From the NCBI RefSeq assembly GCF_043197895.1, contig NZ_JBICTY010000010.1:829-64828 (forward strand): a stretch of 64,000 nt of DNA, in the 5' to 3' direction. The notes beneath the pieces were generated by a model. The model did no database searches, was not told the DNA's origin, and was given only the letters and a program-made list of their open reading frames with translations. This document shows, piece after piece, positions 29,632 through 39,457 of this stretch. A program made the position numbers and the translations under genes. This stretch comes from Cryptosporangium sp. NPDC048952 (lineage in GTDB: Bacteria; Actinomycetota; Actinomycetes; Mycobacteriales; Cryptosporangiaceae). How positions within the stretch are numbered: the stretch's first letter is position 1; each line of letters opens with the position of its first letter.

Positions 29632-30654
29632 ATGCGTCCCTGGAACACCGAAATGGCTGGTCAGCTGCATCGCGACACGATCGAATCGAACCTGCTCAGG
29701 GGTAATCCCCTGGGTGATCCCCACGAGCGTCCACTGTGGGTCTACACGCCGCCGGGCTACTCGTCGGACACGCCCTTGCCGGTCGTGTACGTGATTCAGG
29801 GCTACACCGGCCAGATCGACATGTGGAACAACCGCTCGCCGTACCGGCAGACGTTCCCGGAGAACGTCGACGCACTGTTCGCCTCGGGTGAGACGCCCGG
29901 GTGCATCGTCGTCTTCGTGGACGCGTGGACCACGTACGGCGGCTCCCAGTTCGTGGACTCCCCCGGCACCGGGCCGTACCACTCGTACCTCTGCGACGAG
30001 GTCGTGCCGTGGGTCGACGCCCGGTACGCGACGCTGGCGCGCCCGGAGTCGCGGGCGATCAGCGGCAAGTCGTCGGGCGGGTTCGGGGCGATGATCACGC
30101 CGATGCTGCGCCCGGACCTGTTCGGCGCGCTCGCCACGCACGCGGGCGACGCCCTCTACGAGTACTGCTACGTGAGCGGATTCGCGAAGGCGGTGCGGCT
30201 CCTCCGTGAGTACGACGGGGACATCCAGCGGTGGTGGGCCGATTTCCAGTCGCGGACGTCGTTCACGAAGGAGGCCGACGGCGAATTGCTGATCCTGCTC
30301 GGCTGCACCGCCTGCTTCTCCGCCGACGAGGACGGCACCCCGCAGCTGCCGTTCGACCCGATCACCGGCGTGCTGATCCCGGAGCGCTGGCAGCGATGGC
30401 TGGACTGGGACCCGGTGCGGATGATCGACACGTACGCCGACGCGCTGCTGTCGCAACGCTCGATCTGGATCGACGCCGGCACCCGCGACGAGTGGTACCT
30501 CGACCTCGGCGCCCAAGCGTTCCACGCGGGCCTCAAGCGGATCGGCGTCCCCGACGACCGCATCCACTTCGAGCTCTTCGACGCCACCCACGGCGGCATC
30601 GACTACCGCTACCCCCAGGCCCTCAAATGGCTGGCCGAACGCCTGGAACGCTAG
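29632..30654 (+). CDS. Esterase-family alpha/beta hydrolase (enterochelin-esterase / PF00756-like)
   Basis: PLPVVYVIQGYTGQ...AISGKSSGGFGA (GxSxG nucleophile elbow). Confidence 0.65.
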   Translation: MRPWNTEMAGQLHRDTIESNLLRGNPLGDPHERPLWVYTPPGYSSDTPLPVVYVIQGYTGQIDMWNNRSPYRQTFPENVDALFASGETPGCIVVFVDAWTTYGGSQFVDSPGTGPYHSYLCDEVVPWVDARYATLARPESRAISGKSSGGFGAMITPMLRPDLFGALATHAGDALYEYCYVSGFAKAVRLLREYDGDIQRWWADFQSRTSFTKEADGELLILLGCTACFSADEDGTPQLPFDPITGVLIPERWQRWLDWDPVRMIDTYADALLSQRSIWIDAGTRDEWYLDLGAQAFHAGLKRIGVPDDRIHFELFDATHGGIDYRYPQALKWLAERLER

Positions 30655-32804
30655 GCGGGCTCGAGGCGGTAGATGGTGATCTGGCCGGCGCGGTAGTAGA
30701 CCGACCAGTGGGGTGAGGCGTCGAGGGCCGCGCGCAGCGCCTCGACCGAGCCGCGGGGCAGGTTGCCGAAGTACTCGGCGGTTCGCTGCATCAGCGGTGT
30801 GATCACCAGGAACGTCTCCGTGCCGCCGTACGACGCCGCCCAGCTCTCGATCGCCGGGAGCTGGTCGGCGTCGAGCACGAGGTGTTTGAACGACGGCTCG
30901 TCGGTGATCGACGGGTCGACGCTGCGGCCCGGGTTGAGGTCGCCGTAGTCCGCCGTGAGCCGCGCCGGGAACGCGGGCGCGAGCATCGTCATCGTCGACC
31001 CGGCGGGGGCCTGCGTCTCGAGGTAGCGCGCCGCCCGGATGTCGGCCGGCGGGACGACGTGCAGCGCGTACTGTCCCTGCAACCCCTGCAGCGCCGCTAT
31101 CGCGAGCAGCGCGAACACCACGCCGGAAGCAATACCCCAGCGCCGCGACCCCGCCCACCACGACGCGGCGAGCATCGCGCACCACGGCACCGAGAACAGG
31201 TACACCCGGTAGATCGCCTCACCGCCGTAGCTCTGCAGGAACAGCAGCAGGAACGGCGTGAACCCGAGCGCGAACGGGATGACGATCCGCCCGAGCCCAC
31301 GGCGGTGCCGCCACCCGACGACCAGCGCCGCGAGCCAGACCGCCACCGACAGCCCCCGGGCGACGAGCGCCGAGAACTCCTGCGCCCGGGTCCCCCACCC
31401 GCTCGTCGTGCCGGACGCGTTCTTGAACAGGTCGAACCCGTCGAACAGGTTGTACTGACTTTCGACCCCGCCCATCCGCGGCAGGAAATACCCACCCGCG
31501 ATCGCGGCCAGCGCGATCACCAGCCAGTTCGGTCGGATCAGACCGACGATCGTCAGTACGCCGACGCCGAACAGCAGCAGGTACGGGGTGAGCTGGTGCG
31601 CCGCGGTGATCGCCGCGAACACCAGCGCCACGACGACGAGCACCGGCCACCGCGGCCGGTCCCGTACCGGCGGGGCGTCGCGCACGAGCAGCTGACGCAG
31701 CCGGTTGAGCCGTCCGGCGGCCCGCGACCCGGGCAGCCCCCGGCAGCCGTGCATCAGCAGCGCGAAGAACCCCAGGCTCAGGGCGTACGCGTAGGCCTGC
31801 GGGGAGAAGTAGTTCTGGTCGACCCAGAGCGAGCAGACGAACAGGAACACCGCGAGGTACACGGCCCGGACGTCCCGGTTCAGTCCCCGCACGATCGCGG
31901 CGATCAACAGCGCGTCGATCAGCCCGAAGTACGGCGTCGACCAGCCCACGAACCGGATCGACGCCACCCCGGCGACACTGGAGAGCTGCGCGGTGGCGGC
32001 GAACAGCGCCGGCCAGCGCTGGTAGATGTCGTCCGGGTCGACGACCTGGCCGTAGCGCTGGACGAGCTCGACGACGCCGACGTGCTTGTACACCCACGGG
32101 TACTCGGGCACCGGCACGAGCAGCGGCGCGGTCGCCCACACCAGCAGTCCCATCGCCCCGATGCCGGCGAGCAGCACGAGCGTGCGGGCCCGCCCGAACA
32201 GCTCGATGCCGAACCCGACCCCCACCATTCCGATCGCGGCGACGAACGGAACTCCCAGGCCCCACGTCAGACCGAACTCGGTGATCCCGTTCGGGTCGGC
32301 CCGCAGCACGGTGACCAGCCACAGCCCCAGCGCGACGACGAACAGCGTCGGGGTGAGCACGGGAGCCACCCCCGTGGGCGGCGCGTCCGTGCCGACCCGG
32401 TCGAGGACGTCGGTCCGGCCCATCACGTCCGGCCTGCGTAGCCGGGCCAGCGCGACAGCTGCCGTCAAAGCCAGCAGTGCGGCGGTCGCCGCGAACGGGT
32501 GCCACGCCCGGAACCACACCATCGACGCCGCGCTCAGCCCGGTGAGCGCCAGGCTGAACGTGATCGTGAGCGCGCTCGCCACTACCTGGTCGGCGATCCG
32601 CAGGTGGCTGACGATCGCGGCGCCGGGGCCGGCCGTGAAGAACGCCAGCAGCAGCACCAGCCGGATCGGCCCGTCCGGGATCAGCAGCGCGACGGTCCCG
32701 GCCACCACTGTTGCCACGGCGACCGCCGCCAGCCCGGTTTCGGACGTCGGGGTGCCGAGTGCGGTGCTGCCGCGGGGCACCGACGAGAGCAGACGGACGG
32801 TCAC
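30651..32804 (-). CDS. 717-aa polytopic membrane protein, candidate GT-C-type glycosyltransferase or polymerase of the adjacent glycan cluster
   Basis: About 16 predicted TM helices with a large C-terminal soluble domain; GTG start; 18 nt downstream of the flippase gene. Confidence 0.55.
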   Translation of the reverse strand: MTVRLLSSVPRGSTALGTPTSETGLAAVAVATVVAGTVALLIPDGPIRLVLLLAFFTAGPGAAIVSHLRIADQVVASALTITFSLALTGLSAASMVWFRAWHPFAATAALLALTAAVALARLRRPDVMGRTDVLDRVGTDAPPTGVAPVLTPTLFVVALGLWLVTVLRADPNGITEFGLTWGLGVPFVAAIGMVGVGFGIELFGRARTLVLLAGIGAMGLLVWATAPLLVPVPEYPWVYKHVGVVELVQRYGQVVDPDDIYQRWPALFAATAQLSSVAGVASIRFVGWSTPYFGLIDALLIAAIVRGLNRDVRAVYLAVFLFVCSLWVDQNYFSPQAYAYALSLGFFALLMHGCRGLPGSRAAGRLNRLRQLLVRDAPPVRDRPRWPVLVVVALVFAAITAAHQLTPYLLLFGVGVLTIVGLIRPNWLVIALAAIAGGYFLPRMGGVESQYNLFDGFDLFKNASGTTSGWGTRAQEFSALVARGLSVAVWLAALVVGWRHRRGLGRIVIPFALGFTPFLLLFLQSYGGEAIYRVYLFSVPWCAMLAASWWAGSRRWGIASGVVFALLAIAALQGLQGQYALHVVPPADIRAARYLETQAPAGSTMTMLAPAFPARLTADYGDLNPGRSVDPSITDEPSFKHLVLDADQLPAIESWAASYGGTETFLVITPLMQRTAEYFGNLPRGSVEALRAALDASPHWSVYYRAGQITIYRLEPA

Positions 32805-32822
32805 CCAGTCATTCTGTACCTA

Positions 32823-34010
32823 TTACTGCAACAAAGTCCGGATTCGGATCACCAGCCCGGGCAGCAGGACCGCCGCCGTCAGCGCCTGTGCGCCGACATA
32901 CGCCAGTCCGACGCCCGGCAGCCCCAGCCGTGGCAGGAGCACCACCGCACCACCGAGGAACACGACAGCGGTGACGGCCTGGACGAACACGGCCGGCCAG
33001 AGCCGGTTCACCAGGATCGCCAGCGCGCAGTAGACGATGACAACAGCGGTGAACGGAAAGCTCAGCGCCGCCACCCGCAGCAGCGTGCCGCCGCCGTCCG
33101 CGAATGCCGTGCCCTGCACGAGCAGCAGCGTCGGGCCGAGCACCACCAGGCCGAGCGTGCCGGCGACCGCGACCGCCGTCACCAGGCCGAGGATCCGGCG
33201 CAGGTGGTGGGCCAGGCCGTCCGGGTCGCGGCCGACCTGGGCGATGAACGACATCATGATGTTCCAGACCAGCGTCTGCAGCGTGATGACGATCAGCCAC
33301 GGCACCGCGAAGTAGGCGTTGGCCACCGAGCCGGCCACGTGCACGACCAGCACCGGCGGGATCAGCGTGACGACGTTGCCGACCAGGTTGTTGACGTACT
33401 CCGCGGCCACGAAGTTGCCCAGCTGCCGCGGGCCGGGCAACTGCGATTCGCCGACGCTGCGCGCCGGGGCGAGGCGAGCGAAGATCACGAACGTGAGCAC
33501 GACGGCCGCGACCGCCGCGGGAATGCACCAGGCGGCCTCGATGCCCAGCTCGGAGCCGGTGGCGACCAGCGCCACGAGCAGTACGAGCTTGGCGCTGGAG
33601 GTCGCCACCTGCTTGGCCACGACCGTGCCGGCCCGGCCGAACGCGGTGAGCACGCCGTCCTGCACGTAGAAGAGCGCGTAGACGGTCACGCCGAGCACGA
33701 AGCCGAGCCAGTCCCAGCGTCCGAGGCCGAAGCCGTGGCCCGGGCCGAGCAGCAGGTAGGTGCCGCCGAACAGCACCGAGCCGGCGAGGATCCCGGCGAA
33801 GCCGGAGCCCAGGAACGCACCTGTGCGGTGCCCCGCCTGGGGCAGGAACCGCACGAACACCGACGAGAGGTTGAGCTGCGCGATCCCGCTGACCAGTGCG
33901 ATCGCCGAGACGGTCGCGTTGCCGTGCCCGACCTCGTCGGTCGGGTACAGGTGTGCGGCGGCGACCCAGAAAAGCATGTTCAACGCCGACGCCAGCACTG
34001 TCGACGACAT
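32823..34010 (-). CDS. Wzx-like polysaccharide flippase (polysaccharide-biosynthesis-protein family)
   Basis: 12-14 TM helices, N-terminus LRQASALMSSTVLASALNMLFWVAAAHLY typical of PF01943/PF13440. Start set at the internal ATG (ORF opens at 34163 but would overlap the GT2 gene). Confidence 0.6.
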   Translation of the reverse strand: MSSTVLASALNMLFWVAAAHLYPTDEVGHGNATVSAIALVSGIAQLNLSSVFVRFLPQAGHRTGAFLGSGFAGILAGSVLFGGTYLLLGPGHGFGLGRWDWLGFVLGVTVYALFYVQDGVLTAFGRAGTVVAKQVATSSAKLVLLVALVATGSELGIEAAWCIPAAVAAVVLTFVIFARLAPARSVGESQLPGPRQLGNFVAAEYVNNLVGNVVTLIPPVLVVHVAGSVANAYFAVPWLIVITLQTLVWNIMMSFIAQVGRDPDGLAHHLRRILGLVTAVAVAGTLGLVVLGPTLLLVQGTAFADGGGTLLRVAALSFPFTAVVIVYCALAILVNRLWPAVFVQAVTAVVFLGGAVVLLPRLGLPGVGLAYVGAQALTAAVLLPGLVIRIRTLLQ

Positions 34011-34087
34011 CAGCGCCGACGCTTGACGCAGCACCGTGGACGACCTCCACCTGGACACCGCACTCCGAGCTACGGGAGGGGCGATCG

Positions 34088-35407
34088 TCACCGGAGACCG
34101 ACCGGGGTCTTCGTGGCCGCACCAGCCGGCGCGGAGGCCCGCAGTCCTCGGAGGTAACGCCACGGGCCGGCGAGCATGCCTCGCCGGTTCGCGGCGAACA
34201 GCTCGGTCGGGAAGTCCTTCCGGACCGTGCCGACCCGGACGCTGTCGTTGCTCGTCAGGTCCTTCACCGCGGTCGGCACCAGCCGGAGCAGCCGCACGAG
34301 CCGACGCGGGTCGTCCCGGATCAGCGCGGCGTAGAACGCGGTGAGCCCGGCGCCGTACCCGGCCATCTGCGTGCGGAGCCCGTCGAGGTCGGCACGGTGC
34401 ACGTGACGCACCAGCGCCGCCGGGTGGTAAAGCGTGGTCGCCCCGAGGTCGAGCAGCCGGCTGAAGATCAGCGTGTCCTCGCCGCTCTGCGCGGGTGTAC
34501 CGGCACCGAGTGCCTCGTCGAACCCTTTCAACGTGCGCAGGGCGTGCAGACGGAACGCCATGTTGGCCCCGACGCCGAACGCCGGCAGCGGGTAGAGCGG
34601 GCTCTGGGCGGTGTGCGGCCCGAACTCGTCGGGAAGGAACCCGCGGCCCTTGCTGTGGCCGCCGAACTGCTCGAACCAGGCCTGGGCGTCGGTGCGGAGC
34701 TCGGCCGGGACGACGACACCGGACACCGCGACAGCGGCCGGGTTGTCCCCGAAAGCACGGACGATCTCGGCGACCCAGTGCGGGTCGGCGCGGACGTCGT
34801 CGTCGGTCCAGGCGACGATCCGCTCACCGGGTTCGCGGCTCAGCGCGGCGATCGCGGCGTTCCGGGCCCGCGACAGCCCGGGTCGCGCCTCGGCGACGTA
34901 CTCGATCGTCAACCGACCGCGGAACTCCTCGACCACGTGACGCGTGCGGTCGCCGACCGGCGCGTTGTCGACCACCAGGACGTCGAAGCGGTCGAACTCC
35001 TGGTCGGTGAGGCTGATCAGGCAGTCACGCAGCTCGTCGGGGTGCTCCCGGGTGCAGATGACGACGGTGACCGGCGGGGCCAGCTCCAGCGCGCGGGCCC
35101 GCCCGGCCAGGAACGGCGGGGTCGCGGCCAGCGCCGAGAGCGGAATGCCGTCCGGCGTCAGCATGGCGACGTCGATCCGCGCCGCGATCGCATTCCGGCA
35201 CTCCGCCAGGATGCCGTCGAGCAGCGCGGCCGGGCTCAACTCGTCGTCCGACGGCAGGTCCAGCCGCACCATCGCGAGCGGCTCGGTGAACAGCCGGACG
35301 ATCACCCAGGCCGCCTCACGCCGGTGCCCGAGCGTGTCGAAGACGTGGACCGACGGCAGCGGAGCGGACAGCTCGACGTCCAGCACGACGCCGGGGATGC
35401 GACTCAT
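34088..35407 (-). CDS. Family 2 glycosyltransferase
   Basis: VTVVICTREHPDELRDCLISL...VLVVDNAPVGD...WTDDDV (GT-A DxD). Confidence 0.75.
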   Translation of the reverse strand: MSRIPGVVLDVELSAPLPSVHVFDTLGHRREAAWVIVRLFTEPLAMVRLDLPSDDELSPAALLDGILAECRNAIAARIDVAMLTPDGIPLSALAATPPFLAGRARALELAPPVTVVICTREHPDELRDCLISLTDQEFDRFDVLVVDNAPVGDRTRHVVEEFRGRLTIEYVAEARPGLSRARNAAIAALSREPGERIVAWTDDDVRADPHWVAEIVRAFGDNPAAVAVSGVVVPAELRTDAQAWFEQFGGHSKGRGFLPDEFGPHTAQSPLYPLPAFGVGANMAFRLHALRTLKGFDEALGAGTPAQSGEDTLIFSRLLDLGATTLYHPAALVRHVHRADLDGLRTQMAGYGAGLTAFYAALIRDDPRRLVRLLRLVPTAVKDLTSNDSVRVGTVRKDFPTELFAANRRGMLAGPWRYLRGLRASAPAGAATKTPVGLR

Positions 35408-35416
35408 CGTGGTCCT

Positions 35417-36172
35417 CTACGTCAGCTCGTGCGCCAGCAGACGGGTGCTCGCCAGGCGGGTCAGACGCCAGGCGGGTTGAAGAGCGCGCTTGACGATCGG
35501 CGCGAAGCCCGGTTCCCCGGACGTGACGAGATTCCGCAGTTCGGCGCGGCTCATGCCGGGCAGCGGCTGCAGCCGGGGCAGCCCGAACCGGTCGTCGCCC
35601 GACCGCGCGATCCGGCGTCCGATCACGCACGCGTTCAGGTAGCCGGCGTCCGCGACGGCCTGCCGGGACTGCCGGTTGCTGTAGCCGTGCGGATAGCAGA
35701 ACGAACGCACCTCGACGCCGAGCCGCGCGGTGAGTTCGGCGCGGCTGCGCACGAGCTCGTCGCCGAGCGCGATCGGGGCCAGCGTGTCCATCGGACGGTG
35801 CCGCCGGGAGTGACTGCCGATCTCGACGCCGGACGCCGCGAGCGCGCCGAGCTGGTCCCAGTCGAGGTACCCGTGGTGACCCACCGAGCCGGTCGGGACG
35901 TAGAGCGTCGACCGCGCGCCGAACTCGGCCATCACGACCGCGGCGTTCAGGAAGTCGTCGTAGGCGTCGTCGAACGTCAGCGCGACGACCGGGCGGTCGG
36001 GGTCGGCGGCCTTCGCGGACAGCGCTTCGGTGAGCCCGAGCAGCTCCCAGCCGTCGGCGGTGAGCGTCGAGACGTGCATGCGGAAATCGGCCGCGGGAAC
36101 CTGCAGCCGGTCGGGCACGGAGTCCGGTTCGGCCGGGACGCCGTGGTACATCAGGATCGGCAGCGTGGTCAT
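35417..36172 (-). CDS. Polysaccharide deacetylase (NodB-homology domain)
   Basis: ALTFDDAYDDF...IGSHSRRHRPM...YPHGY motifs. Confidence 0.75.
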   Translation of the reverse strand: MTTLPILMYHGVPAEPDSVPDRLQVPAADFRMHVSTLTADGWELLGLTEALSAKAADPDRPVVALTFDDAYDDFLNAAVVMAEFGARSTLYVPTGSVGHHGYLDWDQLGALAASGVEIGSHSRRHRPMDTLAPIALGDELVRSRAELTARLGVEVRSFCYPHGYSNRQSRQAVADAGYLNACVIGRRIARSGDDRFGLPRLQPLPGMSRAELRNLVTSGEPGFAPIVKRALQPAWRLTRLASTRLLAHELT

Positions 36173-37071
36173 CGTGCCAGCCCGGTCCTGGCCAGCTGCA
36201 GCGCGAACCCCACCCCGGTCGACGCCACGCCCGCGAGCACCATGCCGGCCTTGGTGACGTCGCCCTGGAGCAGGTAGGCGCGCAGGCCGCGGGGCAGCAC
36301 CCGACGCAGGTAACTGCTCTCCTCGGAGAGCGCGGTGCGGTTCCGGGTGAGCTTGGCGAGACCGGCCTTACCGCGGCCTTCCAGCCAGCAGCGGCGCAGG
36401 AAGAACGCGACGCTGGAGCGCTCGGCGGGAACGTGGTGGCGGATCACCGCGGCCGGCACGCGCAGCCAGACGGCGCCCGGGCGGCTGCGGGACATGCGCA
36501 GGCAGAGCTCGGTGTCCTCGGGTTCGGAAACGTCGCCCACCTTGCCGAAGTCCGCGCGGAAGCCGCCGACCTCGGCGAATACGTCGCGGCGGACGATCAT
36601 GCCGCCGGTCCAGACGTTGCGGACCGCTGTCGGCTCGGCGGAGGCCTCGGGCAGCGTCGCGCCGATCACCCAGCCGAACTCGCGGGGGAACCAGCGGGGC
36701 TCACTCGTGTGCCAGACCGGCAGGATGCGGGAGCCGGCGCCGAGGACGTTCTCGTCGTCCATCGCGGCGACGAGGGCCGTGAGCCAGCCCGGCTCGGCGA
36801 ACGCGTCGTCCTCGAGGAAGACGACCAGCGGCGTGGTCGCCGCGAGCGCGATCGTGTTCCGGGAGCCGGAGACGCCCTGCTGGTACTGGTTCTCGACGAC
36901 GTCGATCTCGTCGCCGTAGTGGTCTGTCAACCGCTCGAAGAGCGGCCGGTTGTGGTCGACGGACACGACGAGCCGGTGCGGGTGATCCTGGCTGCGGACC
37001 GAGGCGATCGCCTCGACGAGCTGGCTCCAGCGCTGTTCGGTGTGGCACGTGATGCCGACGGTCACCGTCAT
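36169..37071 (-). CDS. Family 2 glycosyltransferase
   Basis: VGITCHTE...VVFLEDDAF...; start ATG shares one nt with the upstream TGA (TGATG coupling). Confidence 0.7.
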   Translation of the reverse strand: MTVTVGITCHTEQRWSQLVEAIASVRSQDHPHRLVVSVDHNRPLFERLTDHYGDEIDVVENQYQQGVSGSRNTIALAATTPLVVFLEDDAFAEPGWLTALVAAMDDENVLGAGSRILPVWHTSEPRWFPREFGWVIGATLPEASAEPTAVRNVWTGGMIVRRDVFAEVGGFRADFGKVGDVSEPEDTELCLRMSRSRPGAVWLRVPAAVIRHHVPAERSSVAFFLRRCWLEGRGKAGLAKLTRNRTALSEESSYLRRVLPRGLRAYLLQGDVTKAGMVLAGVASTGVGFALQLARTGLAR

Positions 37072-37898
37072 CAGACAGCGCTGTTCACGCGGGTGGGGGT
37101 CATACCTGCGGCATCGACCGCGCGCACCGGAACCTGAGATCCGAGTGCGGCACTGAGACGTGCGGCACGCGTCATGGCCGGGAGCTGCGGGCTGAACCGC
37201 TCGCGCACGATCGTGACCAGGACGCGCCACCCGTCGCGGAACGTGCGCAGGTTGCTCTCACCGTGCAGGCGGTCGTACTCGAAGCTCGGCACCTCGGAGA
37301 CGACCATGTTCGCCCGGGCGACCCGGATGTTGATCAGCGTCTCGACCTCGAAGCCGTCGCCCCACTTCTGGGCGGGCGTGTGCGCCGGGGCTAAGCCGAA
37401 CGACGGGATCGCGCTCTTGCGGAAGGCGTTGTAGCCGTAGCAGAGGTCGGTGTAGCTGGTCAGGAACAGCAGGTTCGTGAGCGTGTTCAGGCCCCAGTTG
37501 CCGGCGCGGCGCAGTGGGCTGATGTCGTCGCTGCCGCCGCCGTCGACGAAACGGCTGCCCTTGACGTAGTCGGCGCCGTTGTCGAGCTCGCGGACGAACG
37601 CGTCGATCTCGGCCGGGTCCATCGAGCCGTCGGCGTCGATCATGACGACGTAGTCGCTGGTGGCGGCCTCGAAGCCGGCGGCGAGCGCGTTGCCCTTGCC
37701 GCGGCGGGTCTGGCTGATGACCTTGATGTCCGGGCGAGCATTTCTTGCGGCCGCCACGGTGCCGTCGATGGAGTTCGCGTCGACCAGCACGACCTCGTCG
37801 ACGTAGTCCGGCAGGGCGGCGAGAACGACCGGGATGTTCCGGGCCTCGTTCATCGTCGGGATGACGACGCTGACGGTGCGGTTCATCGTGGTGCTCAT
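37071..37898 (-). CDS. Family 2 glycosyltransferase, polyprenol-phosphate sugar transferase (DPM1/GtrB-like)
   Basis: VSVVIPTMNEARNIPVVL...VVLVDANSIDGT...VVMIDADGS (DxD). Confidence 0.75.
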   Translation of the reverse strand: MSTTMNRTVSVVIPTMNEARNIPVVLAALPDYVDEVVLVDANSIDGTVAAARNARPDIKVISQTRRGKGNALAAGFEAATSDYVVMIDADGSMDPAEIDAFVRELDNGADYVKGSRFVDGGGSDDISPLRRAGNWGLNTLTNLLFLTSYTDLCYGYNAFRKSAIPSFGLAPAHTPAQKWGDGFEVETLINIRVARANMVVSEVPSFEYDRLHGESNLRTFRDGWRVLVTIVRERFSPQLPAMTRAARLSAALGSQVPVRAVDAAGMTPTRVNSAV

Positions 37899-38013
37899 CG
37901 CCGTACTCCCCTGCTCTCGTGGCTCTCACCAGGGAAGAGAGGGTTACGACCGAACTGATACTTCGGGCATTTGTGACGGCTGGCACATTGCGCCCGCGAG
38001 GGACACTCAAGTC

Positions 38014-38442
38014 ATGAGCGCCATTCGCCTTCTGCTCAACGTCATTTGGGTATTCGTCGCCGGCTTCTGGCTCGCCGTCGGCTACGTGATCGCCGGCCTG
38101 ATCTGCTGCCTGCTGATCGTGACGATCCCGTTCGGGATCGCGTCGTTCCGCATCGCGGGGTACGTCTTCTGGCCGTTCGGGCGGGAAATGATCCGCAAGC
38201 CCGGCGCCGGTGCCGGGGCCGGGCTCCTCAACGTCATCTGGTTCGTCGTGGCCGGGTGGTGGCTCGCGCTGGGCCACCTGTTCACCGCGGCCGCGCTGGC
38301 CGTCACGATCATCGGTATACCGATGGCGTGGGCGAACCTGAAGCTGATCCCGATCTCACTGGTTCCGTTCGGGCGTGAGGTGGTGGACAGCGACCGGCTG
38401 ACCTTCACGCCGGTGTACCGCGTGCCGGAGCGTCAGCACTGA
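38014..38442 (+). CDS. yccF: YccF-domain inner-membrane protein
   Basis: Duplicated motif NVIWFVVAGWWLALGH / NVIWVFVAGFWLAVGY characteristic of YccF. Confidence 0.7.
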   Translation: MSAIRLLLNVIWVFVAGFWLAVGYVIAGLICCLLIVTIPFGIASFRIAGYVFWPFGREMIRKPGAGAGAGLLNVIWFVVAGWWLALGHLFTAAALAVTIIGIPMAWANLKLIPISLVPFGREVVDSDRLTFTPVYRVPERQH

Positions 38443-39387
38443 GACCGTCGCCCACAGGGTGAGCAGTAGCAGGAAGAGTGCAACGGCGGCGGCCGTCAGC
38501 ATCGGGGAACCGGTGTCGGCGGCCGCCGCCGTCGTTCCGGTGACGAGCGTCCCGGTCGGGAACGTGAAGCCCCACCAGGTGGGGCCGAACGGCGGTTTCG
38601 TTTTGATCGTGACCGCGGTGACCAGAACGAGCCAGAGCATCGCAAAACCCCACACCGGCAGCGTGTACGCGAGCGGGTCGTCCCACAGCAGGTGCGCCGC
38701 GGTGATCGACTGGCCCAGCGGCCCGAGCACGATCCACAGCGTGGGGACGAGTTTCGCCGGGAGCGGCGGGCCGGTGAGGAGTCGGTTCCAGAGCTGCGCG
38801 AGCACGAGGAGGGCGGCGAGGAGGCTGGCGCCGAAGAGCGCCGTCGACACGACTTCGATGTCCGCGCTGAACGGGACGTGGGGCGCGAGGAGCGCGCCGT
38901 TCGCGGCCGACACCATCGGCGGTACGACCGGCATGAGCCAGCCGCCGAACGGGAGGTCCCGCTGCTGGCGGGTGATCATGCGGTAGGGGATGTATACCGC
39001 CGTTGCGAGGCCGCCGACCGTGCCGATCGTCCAGAGGACGGCGTCCAGCGCGACCGCCGCCGGCGCGGCCCCACTGAGTACGAGCGCGCCCCCGCCGACG
39101 GTCATCAGCGCCATCGGCGGCGCTCCGTAGAAGTGCAGCATGATCGGGTCCGCCGCGTGCGTGGCTGCTCGCCTCCACTGCTTCGCCGACGCCACGAGCA
39201 GGGCGACGAGCAGCGCGGCGGCCGCGAGCCAGGTGAGCGTGGCGAGCACGCGGAGCCCGGGGAGCTGCACGGGTAGCCCGGCCGCACCGACCGCGACGAT
39301 CCCGGTTCCCATCACCGCGGCAAACCAGTTCGGCGTGACCCCGCCGCCATTCGCAAGCCCCGCGCCGGGTCCGGTGAGCGTATTCAC
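38356..39387 (-). CDS. TDT-family (TehA / C4-dicarboxylate-malate type) transporter
   Basis: Ten TM helices, WFAAVMGTGIVAV N-terminus typical of TehA/SLAC1 family; 87-nt convergent overlap with yccF. Confidence 0.65.
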   Translation of the reverse strand: MNTLTGPGAGLANGGGVTPNWFAAVMGTGIVAVGAAGLPVQLPGLRVLATLTWLAAAALLVALLVASAKQWRRAATHAADPIMLHFYGAPPMALMTVGGGALVLSGAAPAAVALDAVLWTIGTVGGLATAVYIPYRMITRQQRDLPFGGWLMPVVPPMVSAANGALLAPHVPFSADIEVVSTALFGASLLAALLVLAQLWNRLLTGPPLPAKLVPTLWIVLGPLGQSITAAHLLWDDPLAYTLPVWGFAMLWLVLVTAVTIKTKPPFGPTWWGFTFPTGTLVTGTTAAAADTGSPMLTAAAVALFLLLLTLWATVSVLTLRHAVHRREGQPVAVHHLTPERNQ

Positions 39388-39457
39388 GGCTCCAGCCTCG
39401 GCCGTGCCGGTTCGGCCCGGTAGGGAGCGAAACGAGCTGGGCTCATAAACTGCGGTT

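Noticed and set aside
31219-32517. 432-aa minus-strand and 519-aa plus-strand ORFs (30882..32441)
   Set aside because: Alternative frames over the 717-aa membrane-protein gene; Arg/Pro-rich, no hydrophobic periodicity.
33896-36277. 793-aa plus-strand ORF
   Set aside because: Antisense to the GT2 and deacetylase genes, whose minus-strand translations carry clear catalytic motifs.
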